Part shown: positions 1 to 9,408 of the stretch, piece by piece
Numbering within the stretch: position 1 is the stretch's first letter
Layout of the letters: every line of letters begins with the position of its first letter
NCBI GenBank assembly: GCA_020721865.1
Contig: DYLW01000001.1
Span: 13,563-77,562, forward strand
Direction of reading: 5' to 3'
DNA length: 64,000 nucleotides
DNA from: Leptospira biflexa
GTDB lineage: Bacteria; Spirochaetota; Leptospiria; Turneriellales; DYLW01
Notes under the pieces: model-generated
What the model was told of the DNA's origin: nothing
Database searches by the model: none
Seen by the model: the letters and a program-made list of their open reading frames with translations, nothing else
Made by a program: the position numbers and the translations under genes

Positions 1-1
1 T

Positions 2-1231
2 GAAACAATAACCCAAGATAAGTGGGGTGCCTGGTTTTCCGTTTACATTCCAATAAAAAAAGGATCCAAGACCATTGCCATATTGGGTCTGGATCTGGAT
101 GCAAATTCAGAATATAATCTGTTAAATGAATACCGCTATATTCTGTTTTTTCTGGGTGGGATGATTATTCTTCTGACCAATGGAATATCCTTTCTCTTCA
201 CCCGTAAAATCATAAGGCCACTAAAAAAACTGGAAAAATCCACACACCAGATTGCCTCCGGAAACTATGATCTTGATATACCCGTTCACTCCCAGGACGA
301 AATTGGGCATCTGGCCCGGAGTTTTACCCGGATGGTAGACGTTGTCCGGAAAAATCAAGACGATTTGGAAACCCAGGTACAAAACCGGACCGTTGAGTTG
401 GAAGAATCACTGAATCAGCTCCGGTATCTCAAGCAAAAACAAGATGTGGATTATTTTTTAGCCGGGATGCTCGTGCTACCTTTGAGCAAAGATATGAATA
501 TCAATTCAGCCATCAAAACCGAATGGTTTATTGAGCAGAAGAAAAAGATTTATTACAGAAATCACCAGAGCCAGGCGGGAGGGGATTCCATTATAACCGC
601 TTCCCTCCTATTCCGGGACAGAGGGCATTGTGTCTTTTTTATCAACACAGACGCCATGGGAAAATCCCTGCAGGGAGCCGGGGGTAGCGTGGTCATTGGT
701 TCCATTGTGAATGCGTATCTTACCCCCATTGCTCCGGAAAAAGAAGTGTTAAATCTGGTGCCGGAAAAATGGCTTCAGGAGATATTTATCAATATTCAAC
801 GGGTTTTTGAGTCATTCCAAGGCAATATGTATGTCTCCTGTATCATGGGACTGGTGAATGAAGAAACCGGAAAGATGACATACATTAACGCTGACCATCC
901 TGCCCCCATCCTTTTCCGAGATAAAACCACCGGCATTATGGAACAGAACGTCATCATGAAAAAATTTGGAATGGCGGATCAGGGGAATCCGGGATTGAAT
1001 ATCTTTTATCTGAATCCGGGGGACATTGTCTTCATTGGATCAGATGGAAAGGATGATCTTCTGAAAGATGGCCGAAGGTTGGAAATGGACAATACCGTAT
1101 TTCAGAATTTAATCCGCACACATAATGGGAATCTCAACAATATACGGGAATCCATAAGCAACAACTATGAATTATCCGATGATATTTCTGTATTAAAAAT
1201 ATCTTTCAAAAATGACAGCACATTTTTATAA
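2..1231 (+). CDS. Sensor PP2C/SpoIIE-type Ser/Thr phosphatase with HAMP domain (RsbU-like); 5' end lies outside the window
   Basis: The frame is open from nt 2 up to the TTG at 83 used by the ORF track. The extra residues (..DKWGAWFSVYIPIKKGSKTIAILGLDLD) look like the end of a Cache-type sensor. They are followed by a TM helix (YILFFLGGMIILLTNGISFLF), HAMP (RPLKKLEKSTHQIASGNYDLDIP..DEIGHLARSFTRMV) and SpoIIE/PP2C blocks (GGDSII, NTDAMGKSLQGAGGS, FIGSDGKDD, DDISVLKI). Confidence 0.85.
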   Translation, partial: ETITQDKWGAWFSVYIPIKKGSKTIAILGLDLDANSEYNLLNEYRYILFFLGGMIILLTNGISFLFTRKIIRPLKKLEKSTHQIASGNYDLDIPVHSQDEIGHLARSFTRMVDVVRKNQDDLETQVQNRTVELEESLNQLRYLKQKQDVDYFLAGMLVLPLSKDMNINSAIKTEWFIEQKKKIYYRNHQSQAGGDSIITASLLFRDRGHCVFFINTDAMGKSLQGAGGSVVIGSIVNAYLTPIAPEKEVLNLVPEKWLQEIFINIQRVFESFQGNMYVSCIMGLVNEETGKMTYINADHPAPILFRDKTTGIMEQNVIMKKFGMADQGNPGLNIFYLNPGDIVFIGSDGKDDLLKDGRRLEMDNTVFQNLIRTHNGNLNNIRESISNNYELSDDISVLKISFKNDSTFL

Positions 1232-2385
1232 AGGTACATACTGCCCGTAAAAAGGAACATATTTTTTCCAGGGGTATGATTGCATTCCTGGAATAATGTT
1301 GCGGACAACGCCGGAAAGGAATCCCCAGAATCTTCTGAAAAAAAACGGGGATCCCTCATGGGGAAAAGAAAATACTGAATTCTGGTTTGTTTCCCCAGAA
1401 TAGAATCCAGTATAATGCGATAAATCCTCATGTCTCTTTCCTTCATACTGTTCATGATGATATAAAGAGTATCGATATTTTTATTCCCAGCAAGTCGCAG
1501 AATTTCGTGTGCGAGATTTTCCATGGAAGCCGGGTTATGGGCTGCATCGTAGATAATCAGGGGATCTCTTCTGAGTATTTCCAGCCGCCCCGGAATATCC
1601 GGCGGGATTTCCTCCGGGGAAAATCCAAACAGTTTCAGAAACACCCATCGGGAAAAGCTGTAATTTCTCTGCAGATACGTTTTTTCCTGATCCCAGAGAG
1701 ATTCTGGAAAATAATGCACCGGACTGCCCGCATCCTGGGCTGCTTTGTCTATAACGCCGCGTGCCTCATCCTTTTGCGGAACGGAGAATACCGGAGTCCC
1801 GCTTTTGATGATTCCCGCCTTTTCCCATGCTATTTTCTCCAGTGTATCCCCCAGTATCGTTTCATGATCCATGGCAATCGATGTGAGAACCACTGCGGCA
1901 GGTTGAACAACATTAGTGGAATCCAAGCGCCCCCCTAATCCTGTTTCCAATACCGCCCAACCGGCATTTTTTTCCCGGAAATATTCCAACGCAGAAAGGG
2001 TAAAAAAATCAAAGTAGCTCATCTTGGACAAATCGTAAAACATCCGGAAATATCTGAAAAATTTGTATAATTCTCTTTCTGGAATATTTACTCCATTTAG
2101 CTGTATTCTTTCACATGGATGAATCAAATGGGGGGACGTATACAGACCGCAGGAATGTCCCTCCCGTTGTATCATTCTGTACAGATACGTGGCCACCGAT
2201 CCTTTCCCCAGCGTTCCCGCTATATGGATATAGGAAGTCGCAGAAGGAAAGAGAGTCCTCTCCTTTACCAGGGATTTCAGAGGTTCCGGAGAATAGCCAT
2301 TTTGCAGAGTAAACCTGCGACTTGCTTCATAATTGGAATGGGAAAAAAAATCATGGATAACGGGATAATAAGATTTTTCTTTCAA
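1165..2385 (-). CDS. folC: Folylpolyglutamate synthase / dihydrofolate synthase
   Basis: Mur-ligase/FolC P-loop HIAGTLGKGSV, TSPHLIHPCERIQLNG, and a C-terminal GSMYLY block. The only in-frame start upstream of the P-loop is TTG at 2385, which overlaps the upstream stop (TTGA). Confidence 0.85.
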   Translation of the reverse strand: MKEKSYYPVIHDFFSHSNYEASRRFTLQNGYSPEPLKSLVKERTLFPSATSYIHIAGTLGKGSVATYLYRMIQREGHSCGLYTSPHLIHPCERIQLNGVNIPERELYKFFRYFRMFYDLSKMSYFDFFTLSALEYFREKNAGWAVLETGLGGRLDSTNVVQPAAVVLTSIAMDHETILGDTLEKIAWEKAGIIKSGTPVFSVPQKDEARGVIDKAAQDAGSPVHYFPESLWDQEKTYLQRNYSFSRWVFLKLFGFSPEEIPPDIPGRLEILRRDPLIIYDAAHNPASMENLAHEILRLAGNKNIDTLYIIMNSMKERDMRIYRIILDSILGKQTRIQYFLFPMRDPRFFSEDSGDSFPALSATLFQECNHTPGKNMFLFTGSMYLYKNVLSFLKDIFNTEISSDNS

Positions 2386-4097
2386 TTGTCTTTCATGCTT
2401 TTTTCAAGCTTTTTTAATTCAGCCATCCATTTTTTCAGTTCTTCTGGATTTTTTCTGCTCTCACGTATTTTTTGCAGAATGAACTGAAGCTTTCCCATCT
2501 TTTCCGCATTATCTTTTAATGTTTCATCCTGTTCCGGATTGTACGGATAGATAAAAAACTGATAATGGTTTGTACTGCTGAAAAGACCGCTTTTGGGATC
2601 TCTGGAACGGATATGAAGAAAATACCGCCCCGCTTTGAGATTTGCCGGAATCGTAATTTTCCCTTTTTCATGCTCGATGATGGCCGATGGGTTCTCTTTG
2701 GGTGCAGAACTGATGGACGCATAATAATTCACATTATCCAGATTGTTGATAAAGAATTCCATATTTCCTGATTTAATGGTACGGGGAGAAATTTCGTTTA
2801 ATAGAAAAATATAGGGTTCAGCGGGAGAATACTTCCAGTAAATGGGAATTCGGTACACCCAGCTTCTCTGGTTCCCATCCACCGCTTGGACAATAAAATA
2901 ATACATACCGCCTTTTAGATTATCTTTTTTGAATTCATTTCCGGGAATTTTTTTTATGTCGTCCAGCGGGTCAGCATATTTATTACCCGTCAAAAGATAA
3001 CGATATCCAAAATTCGGGCTGGAGGATTCCCAACGCATGACCAGCTCCGGAGAATTCCCCGTCATACGAATAAGCCAGTCGAATGCGGAAAGATAGGGCT
3101 GGGAAAGATCCCAGGATTCTGTGTACAAAAAATTAATATCAGAAAGCACGTTAAAGAAAAGTCCATCCTTTCTGAGAAGAGGCACAAAATAAAATCCGGT
3201 CATCATCCGCCGGCTCTGGAATTCTATTTTTGGTACCTGAGCGGAAAAATCATCAAAATCAATCCGGAATACAGAGCTTAATTTCCGCGAGGGGATGAAG
3301 ACAATGATTTTTTTTTCATAGCGAACCGGAATAATGTCATCTGCATACAGGAATTCCTTGGAATACATTACCTTCTGTGCCTGCACGTTTTTCCCGGCAA
3401 TGAAAAATTTATATAAATTTCCATAGACATCAAAGGCCATTAAATACATGTTTTTATTCATCTGAATAAACTGGGGTCTCTTCACAAAAAATGGAAGATT
3501 ATACCTCTGGTATTTTCCGTCCCGCCACACGTTCCAGTAAATACTTCCGGCACTCCGGTACAAAAGATGTACTTTTTTTTCTGACCATTGAAGGAAAATC
3601 CGGTCGATGGGAAATTCGCTGTTAAGAATATCCTGGTTCTGGTTCAGCTTCCAGATGGACACAACATGATTGAAATTCCGAATGGAATAGATCAGGGCAA
3701 CGGGATTCCCATCGGAGTCTACCCGCACATCTAAATCACTGATCTCAAATTTCAGAAAATCTTTTTTCTCATATATAATATCCCCGGTAGAATTAAAAAC
3801 AATGAAAACAATCTCCCGCTGGTCATGAAAGGATACCACCACCAAATCCCCATCCGCGAGAGCAAAATGTTTGATAATATCCGGAGGTTTACGGAAACGG
3901 TAAATTTCTTTGGATGTATATTTCTTATTCTTTTCTTTGACGGATAGCAAAACTGTTTTTTTCTTGAGGACAATGGTTTTTTCCAGCCAGATTTTTGTGT
4001 GGGTATCAATCAATTCCACATCCCGCATGGGTTCAAACGCAAAACCAGATTTCCAAACCACCACCAAAAGAATTAATGATATCCAAATTTTTTTCAT
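2382..4097 (-). CDS. Secreted protein of unknown function: repeated beta-blade region, two PGxYY-type beta-sandwich modules and a C-terminal coiled coil
   Basis: ATG at 4097 gives a clean signal peptide (MKKIWISLILLVVVWKSGFA). Blade-like repeats include IVFIVFNSTGDIIY, HVVSIWKLN and VHLLYRSAGSIYWNVWRDG. Sandwich motifs are KGGMYYFIVQAVDGNQRSW and KAGRYFLHIRSRDPKSG. The tail is charged (KNPEELKKWMAELKKLEK). The protein looks paralogous to the upstream 877-aa gene. Confidence 0.6.
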   Translation of the reverse strand: MKKIWISLILLVVVWKSGFAFEPMRDVELIDTHTKIWLEKTIVLKKKTVLLSVKEKNKKYTSKEIYRFRKPPDIIKHFALADGDLVVVSFHDQREIVFIVFNSTGDIIYEKKDFLKFEISDLDVRVDSDGNPVALIYSIRNFNHVVSIWKLNQNQDILNSEFPIDRIFLQWSEKKVHLLYRSAGSIYWNVWRDGKYQRYNLPFFVKRPQFIQMNKNMYLMAFDVYGNLYKFFIAGKNVQAQKVMYSKEFLYADDIIPVRYEKKIIVFIPSRKLSSVFRIDFDDFSAQVPKIEFQSRRMMTGFYFVPLLRKDGLFFNVLSDINFLYTESWDLSQPYLSAFDWLIRMTGNSPELVMRWESSSPNFGYRYLLTGNKYADPLDDIKKIPGNEFKKDNLKGGMYYFIVQAVDGNQRSWVYRIPIYWKYSPAEPYIFLLNEISPRTIKSGNMEFFINNLDNVNYYASISSAPKENPSAIIEHEKGKITIPANLKAGRYFLHIRSRDPKSGLFSSTNHYQFFIYPYNPEQDETLKDNAEKMGKLQFILQKIRESRKNPEELKKWMAELKKLEKSMKDN

Positions 4098-4102
4098 AAG
4101 TA

Positions 4103-6736
4103 TCAAATCTTAAAAAACCTGCTCAAAATGTAAAAAAGTCTCCTCCTCACAAGAAACACAATTCCCAGAAATCCCAATAAGCCACCCCATATAACCAGGT
4201 TGGACGGGAAAGCGGATTTTTTTCCAACAATTAATCGATAGGAAGCGTAGTAACCTGCCTCTGTCAAGGGTTTGTCATTCAGAATCATTCGAACATTTAT
4301 ATAGTATTCTCCCGGCTTCAGGTTATACAGATACTCCTCCTGCCCATGAGAATTCACTTCCAGCCCCGGTAACCTCTGGCGGTCAGAGATTTCCCAGGAA
4401 AACCCATGCATTGCATACTGGTACTCCGCTGGGGCAAAAAACCGGACTTCATAATACCCGTTTCCCGGATTCACCAGAATGCTGGGAAGAGGTTTTACCG
4501 CTGGTGGCTTTTCCAGATGGGGAATTGTGGAATAAATCTCGCCGGATTCCCCGGTATCTTTCTGTATTTCTGCTGGAGGCTCCGGTTCTTCCTGTGGAAT
4601 GACATTGGTTATTTCTTCCGCACGGGAAAAGTAGATATGTTTAACAGAGGCTTTTCCTTTGTCCGCATACTGGACACCCACAGAAGCCACATAAACCTCT
4701 CCTTTAGGAAGGTTCTCAATATTCCGGGAAAACCTTAGGTTCCCCTCGCTGGATGTTGTTGGGACAATAAACTTATCCTGATACGGATCCGATGGATTTT
4801 TTCCAAGAGAAAGAAAAACCCCGGAAATTTTCTTCCCTTCGCCCTGGGACGGAATAGAAAAATCCAACTGGTTGTTTCTCACTTCCCCATCAGTAATGTT
4901 GGAAAAAATATCAAAAACAGAACCGGAGTTTTCCGGATCAATAATCACGGTAAAATTCCCATAGGCGGAACGGTTCCCGGCAATATCCTCTGCCTGAATT
5001 CGGAAATAGTAAGTGCCGGGTTCCACATTATTGAAAATCGCCTGATTTTTTTCTGTGTTTTTTTCCAGTTTGGTGGTAATATATGGCAAAAAAGAATAAT
5101 GATACCGGGTAACCTCAATATCGTCCTTGGATAAAAAGTTGAAAACCACCGTCCTGGCTTTGCTTCCCACTCTTTCTTTATGCGTGGGGGAAGAGATATC
5201 TGGAACTCCCGGAGGACCTGAATCGATAATAAAATTATAATGGGATGTTTCTGATTCATTCCCCGCTTTATCCATATACCGCAGATGCAGATAGTATATT
5301 CCTGGCTCCATGTAATCAATGGACAGCCCGGTCTTTGTCCCCGGCAGGTTATACAAATCCGGATTGGTCCCGGCAGATTTATCCACCAGATAAGCGTAGC
5401 CCTGGACTCCGGACGGATCTTTGGGAGCTTTCCATGAAAATGAAGCAGAATTACGGGAAACCGCTTTTTTTTCCGGATGCGTCCGGGAGGAAATCACCAG
5501 TTTTTCTGCTTCTGTATCCGCACGCTGGCGGTATAAAACGCCACCAGAGAGGTAATATAAATCCACGTTGGCGGAAGAAGATAAAAGGTATGGTTTTTTG
5601 GCATCAAACCGGGATTCCGATATCTGGTGATTCACCCCCACCAGTTCATTCATTGGTCTGTCCAGAAAAATCCCAAAAATCTGGGGTGGATTTTTCCGGT
5701 GATCCGACCAGGCAACAATTCTTCCGGATTTTTTGGAATACGCAATCTGTGGATTGTAACAACTCGCATTGGTGGCAGAAATTTTCCTAACCGGAGAGTT
5801 GAACGATTGATAAAATATCTCCCAGTTTTTTTCTGGATTGGCCTGCCATACCCAGTGGACGGTGTTGCCAAACACGGCGGCACGGGGAGAAAAATTATGA
5901 TAATCACGGGAAGTGATCTTCTGGATATCTGATCTATCGGAACCGGATATTTTAAAATAATGAATATTATCCTTGAAACTGTCCTGTCCCCTACTCTGGT
6001 AAAACACATGCATATCGTTTCCGGAAACACTCACGGACGGGAAAAATGCCCCCCGCCCGATAAAATGAATATCCTTCACGAGCATCTGAAAATCTGTGAA
6101 ACGGCCGTTTTTAAGTTTGGCACGGTAAAAAGTGAAAACATTGGCGGAATTTTCTTTCTGAAAAAACAGATAGATATTTCCAGAATAATCGGTTTCCAAC
6201 TGTGGTAGTACCAGTACCCCATCCAAATCCAGACGCTTTACACCGGATTCTGGATTGGCCAAGGTTTCCATCCCGTTTTCCGTATATTTATACTCAATAA
6301 TGGTTTTCCCGCTGGAAAAATCTGTTTTCTGCCATACAAGGACGGTTTTATTCCCCGCCACGGCAATATCCGCATTCACGGGAAACAACGCGGGCGAGGG
6401 CTTCAGATCCACGGTATGGGCAACCACAGACACAGCTCGTCCATTGCGGAAGGAAAGAATACACAAATCAATCTTTGCGGGAGCATTCGGAGAAAAGGCT
6501 CCCCGTATTTTCTGTGTAACCAGAGCCAGAGAGCCACTTTGTTTGTCGGTGTCCAGTTTATAGTCATGGGCCCCACCATCCATGGCCACCGGTGGATACC
6601 ATCCAGGAACCCCCCAGAGAAGCTGCGGACAAAAAAAGGCCAATAAGAAAGAAATTATCCCAAGAACATGCAAAGATGACAAAAATTTATTATTCATTCC
6701 CAGTGTATACATCGAACTAAAATCCCTTTTTATCAA
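4103..6736 (-). CDS. Large cell-surface protein of unknown function: propeller-like repeats, three or more PGxYY..AGN beta-sandwich modules and a C-terminal TM helix plus RRR
   Basis: The start is uncertain (TTG 6736, ATG 6712 or ATG 6697; the last gives MNNKFLSSLHVLGIISFLLAFF). Blade motifs include TVLVWQKTD, IYLFFQKE, MHVFYQSRG, VHWVWQANPEKNWEIFYQS and RIVAWSDHRKNPPQIFGIFL. Sandwich modules are EPGIYYLHLRYMDKAGNES, EPGTYYFRIQAEDIAGNRS and KPGEYYINVRM. The protein ends NLVIWGGLLGFLGIVFLVRRRLFYILSRFFKI. Confidence 0.65.
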   Translation of the reverse strand: MIKRDFSSMYTLGMNNKFLSSLHVLGIISFLLAFFCPQLLWGVPGWYPPVAMDGGAHDYKLDTDKQSGSLALVTQKIRGAFSPNAPAKIDLCILSFRNGRAVSVVAHTVDLKPSPALFPVNADIAVAGNKTVLVWQKTDFSSGKTIIEYKYTENGMETLANPESGVKRLDLDGVLVLPQLETDYSGNIYLFFQKENSANVFTFYRAKLKNGRFTDFQMLVKDIHFIGRGAFFPSVSVSGNDMHVFYQSRGQDSFKDNIHYFKISGSDRSDIQKITSRDYHNFSPRAAVFGNTVHWVWQANPEKNWEIFYQSFNSPVRKISATNASCYNPQIAYSKKSGRIVAWSDHRKNPPQIFGIFLDRPMNELVGVNHQISESRFDAKKPYLLSSSANVDLYYLSGGVLYRQRADTEAEKLVISSRTHPEKKAVSRNSASFSWKAPKDPSGVQGYAYLVDKSAGTNPDLYNLPGTKTGLSIDYMEPGIYYLHLRYMDKAGNESETSHYNFIIDSGPPGVPDISSPTHKERVGSKARTVVFNFLSKDDIEVTRYHYSFLPYITTKLEKNTEKNQAIFNNVEPGTYYFRIQAEDIAGNRSAYGNFTVIIDPENSGSVFDIFSNITDGEVRNNQLDFSIPSQGEGKKISGVFLSLGKNPSDPYQDKFIVPTTSSEGNLRFSRNIENLPKGEVYVASVGVQYADKGKASVKHIYFSRAEEITNVIPQEEPEPPAEIQKDTGESGEIYSTIPHLEKPPAVKPLPSILVNPGNGYYEVRFFAPAEYQYAMHGFSWEISDRQRLPGLEVNSHGQEEYLYNLKPGEYYINVRMILNDKPLTEAGYYASYRLIVGKKSAFPSNLVIWGGLLGFLGIVFLVRRRLFYILSRFFKI

Positions 6737-6887
6737 TATATTTTTGAAAATCCTCCGGCGAGAAAATATAAAATTATGGACAGATCACGACAGGAAAAAG
6801 CTTTACGGCACATACGGCCTTATTAAAATAACCTTATATTAATCTATTTTCGGGAGAGAAGCCATTCTTTGCCAAAAGGGGACCATC

Positions 6888-8522
6888 TTGAGATTGCGAA
6901 TACCTTTATTTACTCTCACTTTCCTCACCTATTTTCTTAATTCTGCGAATATCCGGGGGGTGGAATTAAAACCCATTGTTTCCACAGGAAAAAACTCTTC
7001 CCAATATGTTTTGCAGACCCGGCATTTCAATGTCCACTTTGATTCCCGGGGAGGAAAAATCCTCCGACTGGAACACCGCGACAGCGTGAATAAACTAAAG
7101 GATTCCATCAATCTGGCGGAGGATCCTTTTGAATTCACCGCCTATTTTAATCCGGAAAACCAGAAGGATATGAGAAACGCCGAGTTTACATTGGAACCAC
7201 GTCCGTCCAAGGATTACCAAGAGCTGTACGCCGGCACGGAATTATCGGATGGGAAAAAAGCCCGGCTCAAAGTGGGTAAGATATTTCGCTTTTATGATGA
7301 ATACCATTACTGGCAGTTTTCGCTGGAGTTCGTCAATACCGGCAGGGAAGACATCCAAATACCGGAGGTATACTTTCTCCCCATACTGGGCATTGGTCCG
7401 GTGGAACAGTCCCCGGATGCGAATTCCCGGACACAACAGTCGTTTTACGCATTTTATTTTGCCAATGGAAAGTTTGAAACCCTGAGAACATCCTCCGGCT
7501 CATCCAGTTTTCTGGGGCTGGGTTGCTCCGGGTCAGACGATAGTTCCAAAACCATCCGGGACAGTGTGGATTTTTTTGGAAAAAGCTCCCGTTTCATGAA
7601 CATGACCATCCAGCCGATGGAGAAGAACAACGGCCTTTATTATTTCCCGAAATCGGCCAATTCTCCGCAACAATTGCATTTATCCCAGAAAGGGTTTTCC
7701 CTTAAGCCCGGGGAAAAAAAGGAATACCATTTCTGGGTTTATTCCGGCCCCAAGGTAAAGGACTATGTGGATCTTTCCACAAAAGATTTCCAGAAGATCC
7801 CGGCCCTGTCCAAAATCCATGATGATCTATACAAAGCGTTTGACTTTGGATTCACCGGCCCCATCCGGGATCTGATTGTGGTAATCACGGAGCTTTTGTA
7901 TAAGCTCATTCCCAACTATGGAGTGGGTATTATTCTTTTTGCCATTTTATTCAAGGCGATTTTCTGGCCACTGAACCAGAAACAGGCAGAATCCATGAAA
8001 AAAATGCAGATCCTCCAGCCCAAGCTGAAAGAAATCAATGAGAAATATAAGGATAATCCTCAGGAAAAACAGAAAAGAACAATGGCTCTGTATAAGGATA
8101 ATAAGGTCAATCCACTGGGCGGCTGTTTGCCCATTCTGATCCAGATTCCCATTTTTATTGCTTTATATACCGCGTATTCAGACTCCTATGAACTCTGGAG
8201 ATCTCCTTTCATCTCCGGATGGATTGATGATCTCTCCCAGCCGGATACCGTGTACCGTTTTCCGGAGGCCATGTTTTTGATTGGGGGATTGTCCTTGAAT
8301 ATTTTGCCCATAGTCATGACTCTTACCCAATTTCTTCAAACAAAATTCACTACCGTTTCCACCGATGAAAGCCAGCAGAAAGTGATGATGTTTATGCCGT
8401 TTATTCTTTTATTCATATTCTGGACAATGCCCTCCGGTGTTGTTCTCTACTGGACAGTCACGAATATTCTTTCCGTGGTCCAGCAGTTGTACACAAACGC
8501 AAAAACCAAAATTGATTCTTAA
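6888..8522 (+). CDS. yidC: Membrane protein insertase YidC
   Basis: N-terminal anchor, then a long periplasmic domain. The conserved insertase core follows (GVGIILFAILFKAIFWPLNQKQAESMKKMQILQPKLKEINEKYKDNPQEKQKRTMALYKDNKVNPLGGCLPILIQIPIFIALY). TTG start. Confidence 0.9.
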   Translation: MRLRIPLFTLTFLTYFLNSANIRGVELKPIVSTGKNSSQYVLQTRHFNVHFDSRGGKILRLEHRDSVNKLKDSINLAEDPFEFTAYFNPENQKDMRNAEFTLEPRPSKDYQELYAGTELSDGKKARLKVGKIFRFYDEYHYWQFSLEFVNTGREDIQIPEVYFLPILGIGPVEQSPDANSRTQQSFYAFYFANGKFETLRTSSGSSSFLGLGCSGSDDSSKTIRDSVDFFGKSSRFMNMTIQPMEKNNGLYYFPKSANSPQQLHLSQKGFSLKPGEKKEYHFWVYSGPKVKDYVDLSTKDFQKIPALSKIHDDLYKAFDFGFTGPIRDLIVVITELLYKLIPNYGVGIILFAILFKAIFWPLNQKQAESMKKMQILQPKLKEINEKYKDNPQEKQKRTMALYKDNKVNPLGGCLPILIQIPIFIALYTAYSDSYELWRSPFISGWIDDLSQPDTVYRFPEAMFLIGGLSLNILPIVMTLTQFLQTKFTTVSTDESQQKVMMFMPFILLFIFWTMPSGVVLYWTVTNILSVVQQLYTNAKTKIDS

Positions 8523-8532
8523 CGGAGATAAT

Positions 8533-9402
8533 ATGCAGATACTTGAAACCCATGCAAACAATGAAAAAGAAGCGATCCAACTGAGTTCGGAGTACCTGGG
8601 AATATCCAAAGATGAGCTGGAACTCCAGATATTCCAGAAAGCATCCGGGGGCTTCCTGGGTCTGGGTAACAAAATACCCGGAATTTACCATATTTACGCA
8701 GTGGAAGGAAAAACACCGGTGGATGTTGTCATCAAAGGGGTGATTTCCACTATTCTGCACAAAATGGGGTACAAAGCCAAATTTGTGCGTTTTGAAACCC
8801 AGGAAGACGGCAAGCTGTATGTGGAAATATCCTCCCCCCACGCCGGATTTATTATTGGGAAACGAGGCAAAACTCTGGAAGCAATTCAGTTCCTGGCCAA
8901 TCTGATTGTGGAAAAATTTATCCACCGCCAACCCAAAATTCTTCTGGATCTGGAAAATTACCGGGCACGCCGGGCAGAGCACTTGGCGGAACTGGCTAAA
9001 AAACTGGCCTCCCAGGTGATGAAAACGGGAAAAAGCCGGCTTCTGGATCCACTGAATCCATACGAGCGGCGGATTATCCACTTGGCATTGCAAGACAGCG
9101 AGAGTGTGGAAACCAAATCCGAGGGCAACGGTGTGTATAAAAGAATCCGGATTACCAAGAAGAAAACAGCCACCGGAGCATCTCCGGAAGTCTATGATAT
9201 GGAATCCGATATTCCGGATGATTTTTCCGAAGAATACCAGGATGACAACCAGAACACCGCCATTCTGGTGGAAACTGATTCTAAATCCAATTATGAAAAA
9301 GAACAGGAAGAGGAACACCGGGTGTTATCCAGAGAAGAACCTGTGGATTCCCGGAACGGGAACACCATGATTCTGGAAACCCAGACCAAAAAAAATCGCT
9401 AA
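8533..9402 (+). CDS. jag: RNA-binding protein Jag/KhpB (Jag_N, KH, R3H) with a long acidic C-terminal tail
   Basis: Jag_N (EAIQLSSEYLGISKDELELQI), KH (FIIGKRGKTLEAIQFLAN) and R3H (LNPYERRIIHLAL). ATG 8533 is preceded by GGAG. The ORF-track start at 8437 lies inside yidC. Confidence 0.85.
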   Translation: MQILETHANNEKEAIQLSSEYLGISKDELELQIFQKASGGFLGLGNKIPGIYHIYAVEGKTPVDVVIKGVISTILHKMGYKAKFVRFETQEDGKLYVEISSPHAGFIIGKRGKTLEAIQFLANLIVEKFIHRQPKILLDLENYRARRAEHLAELAKKLASQVMKTGKSRLLDPLNPYERRIIHLALQDSESVETKSEGNGVYKRIRITKKKTATGASPEVYDMESDIPDDFSEEYQDDNQNTAILVETDSKSNYEKEQEEEHRVLSREEPVDSRNGNTMILETQTKKNR

Positions 9403-9408
9403 TTATAA

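Noticed and set aside
6737-6887. Possible replication origin next to yidC. The spacer is a strand switch with minus-strand genes to the left and plus-strand genes to the right, and it contains a DnaA-box-like TTATGGACA at 6774-6782.
   Set aside because: There is only one box, with a mismatch to TTATNCACA. The spacer is only 151 bp, with no AT-rich unwinding repeats, and no dnaA/dnaN/rpmH/rnpA nearby. Strand orientation switches many more times across the window.
8458-9318. Long antisense ORFs opposite well-supported genes. Examples: 286 aa opposite jag, 12309-12869 opposite lysS, 33759-34427 and 44320-45003 opposite the MCPs, 35675-36352 and 36356-37042 opposite STAS/ddl, 49289-50011 opposite DUF2804, and 59652-60227 and 61476-62000 opposite secA.
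   Set aside because: Each lies entirely within a gene whose product has clear family motifs. Their translations are F/L/G/H-rich, low-information strings typical of the reverse complement of coding sequence. None shows a signal peptide, a domain motif or an RBS.
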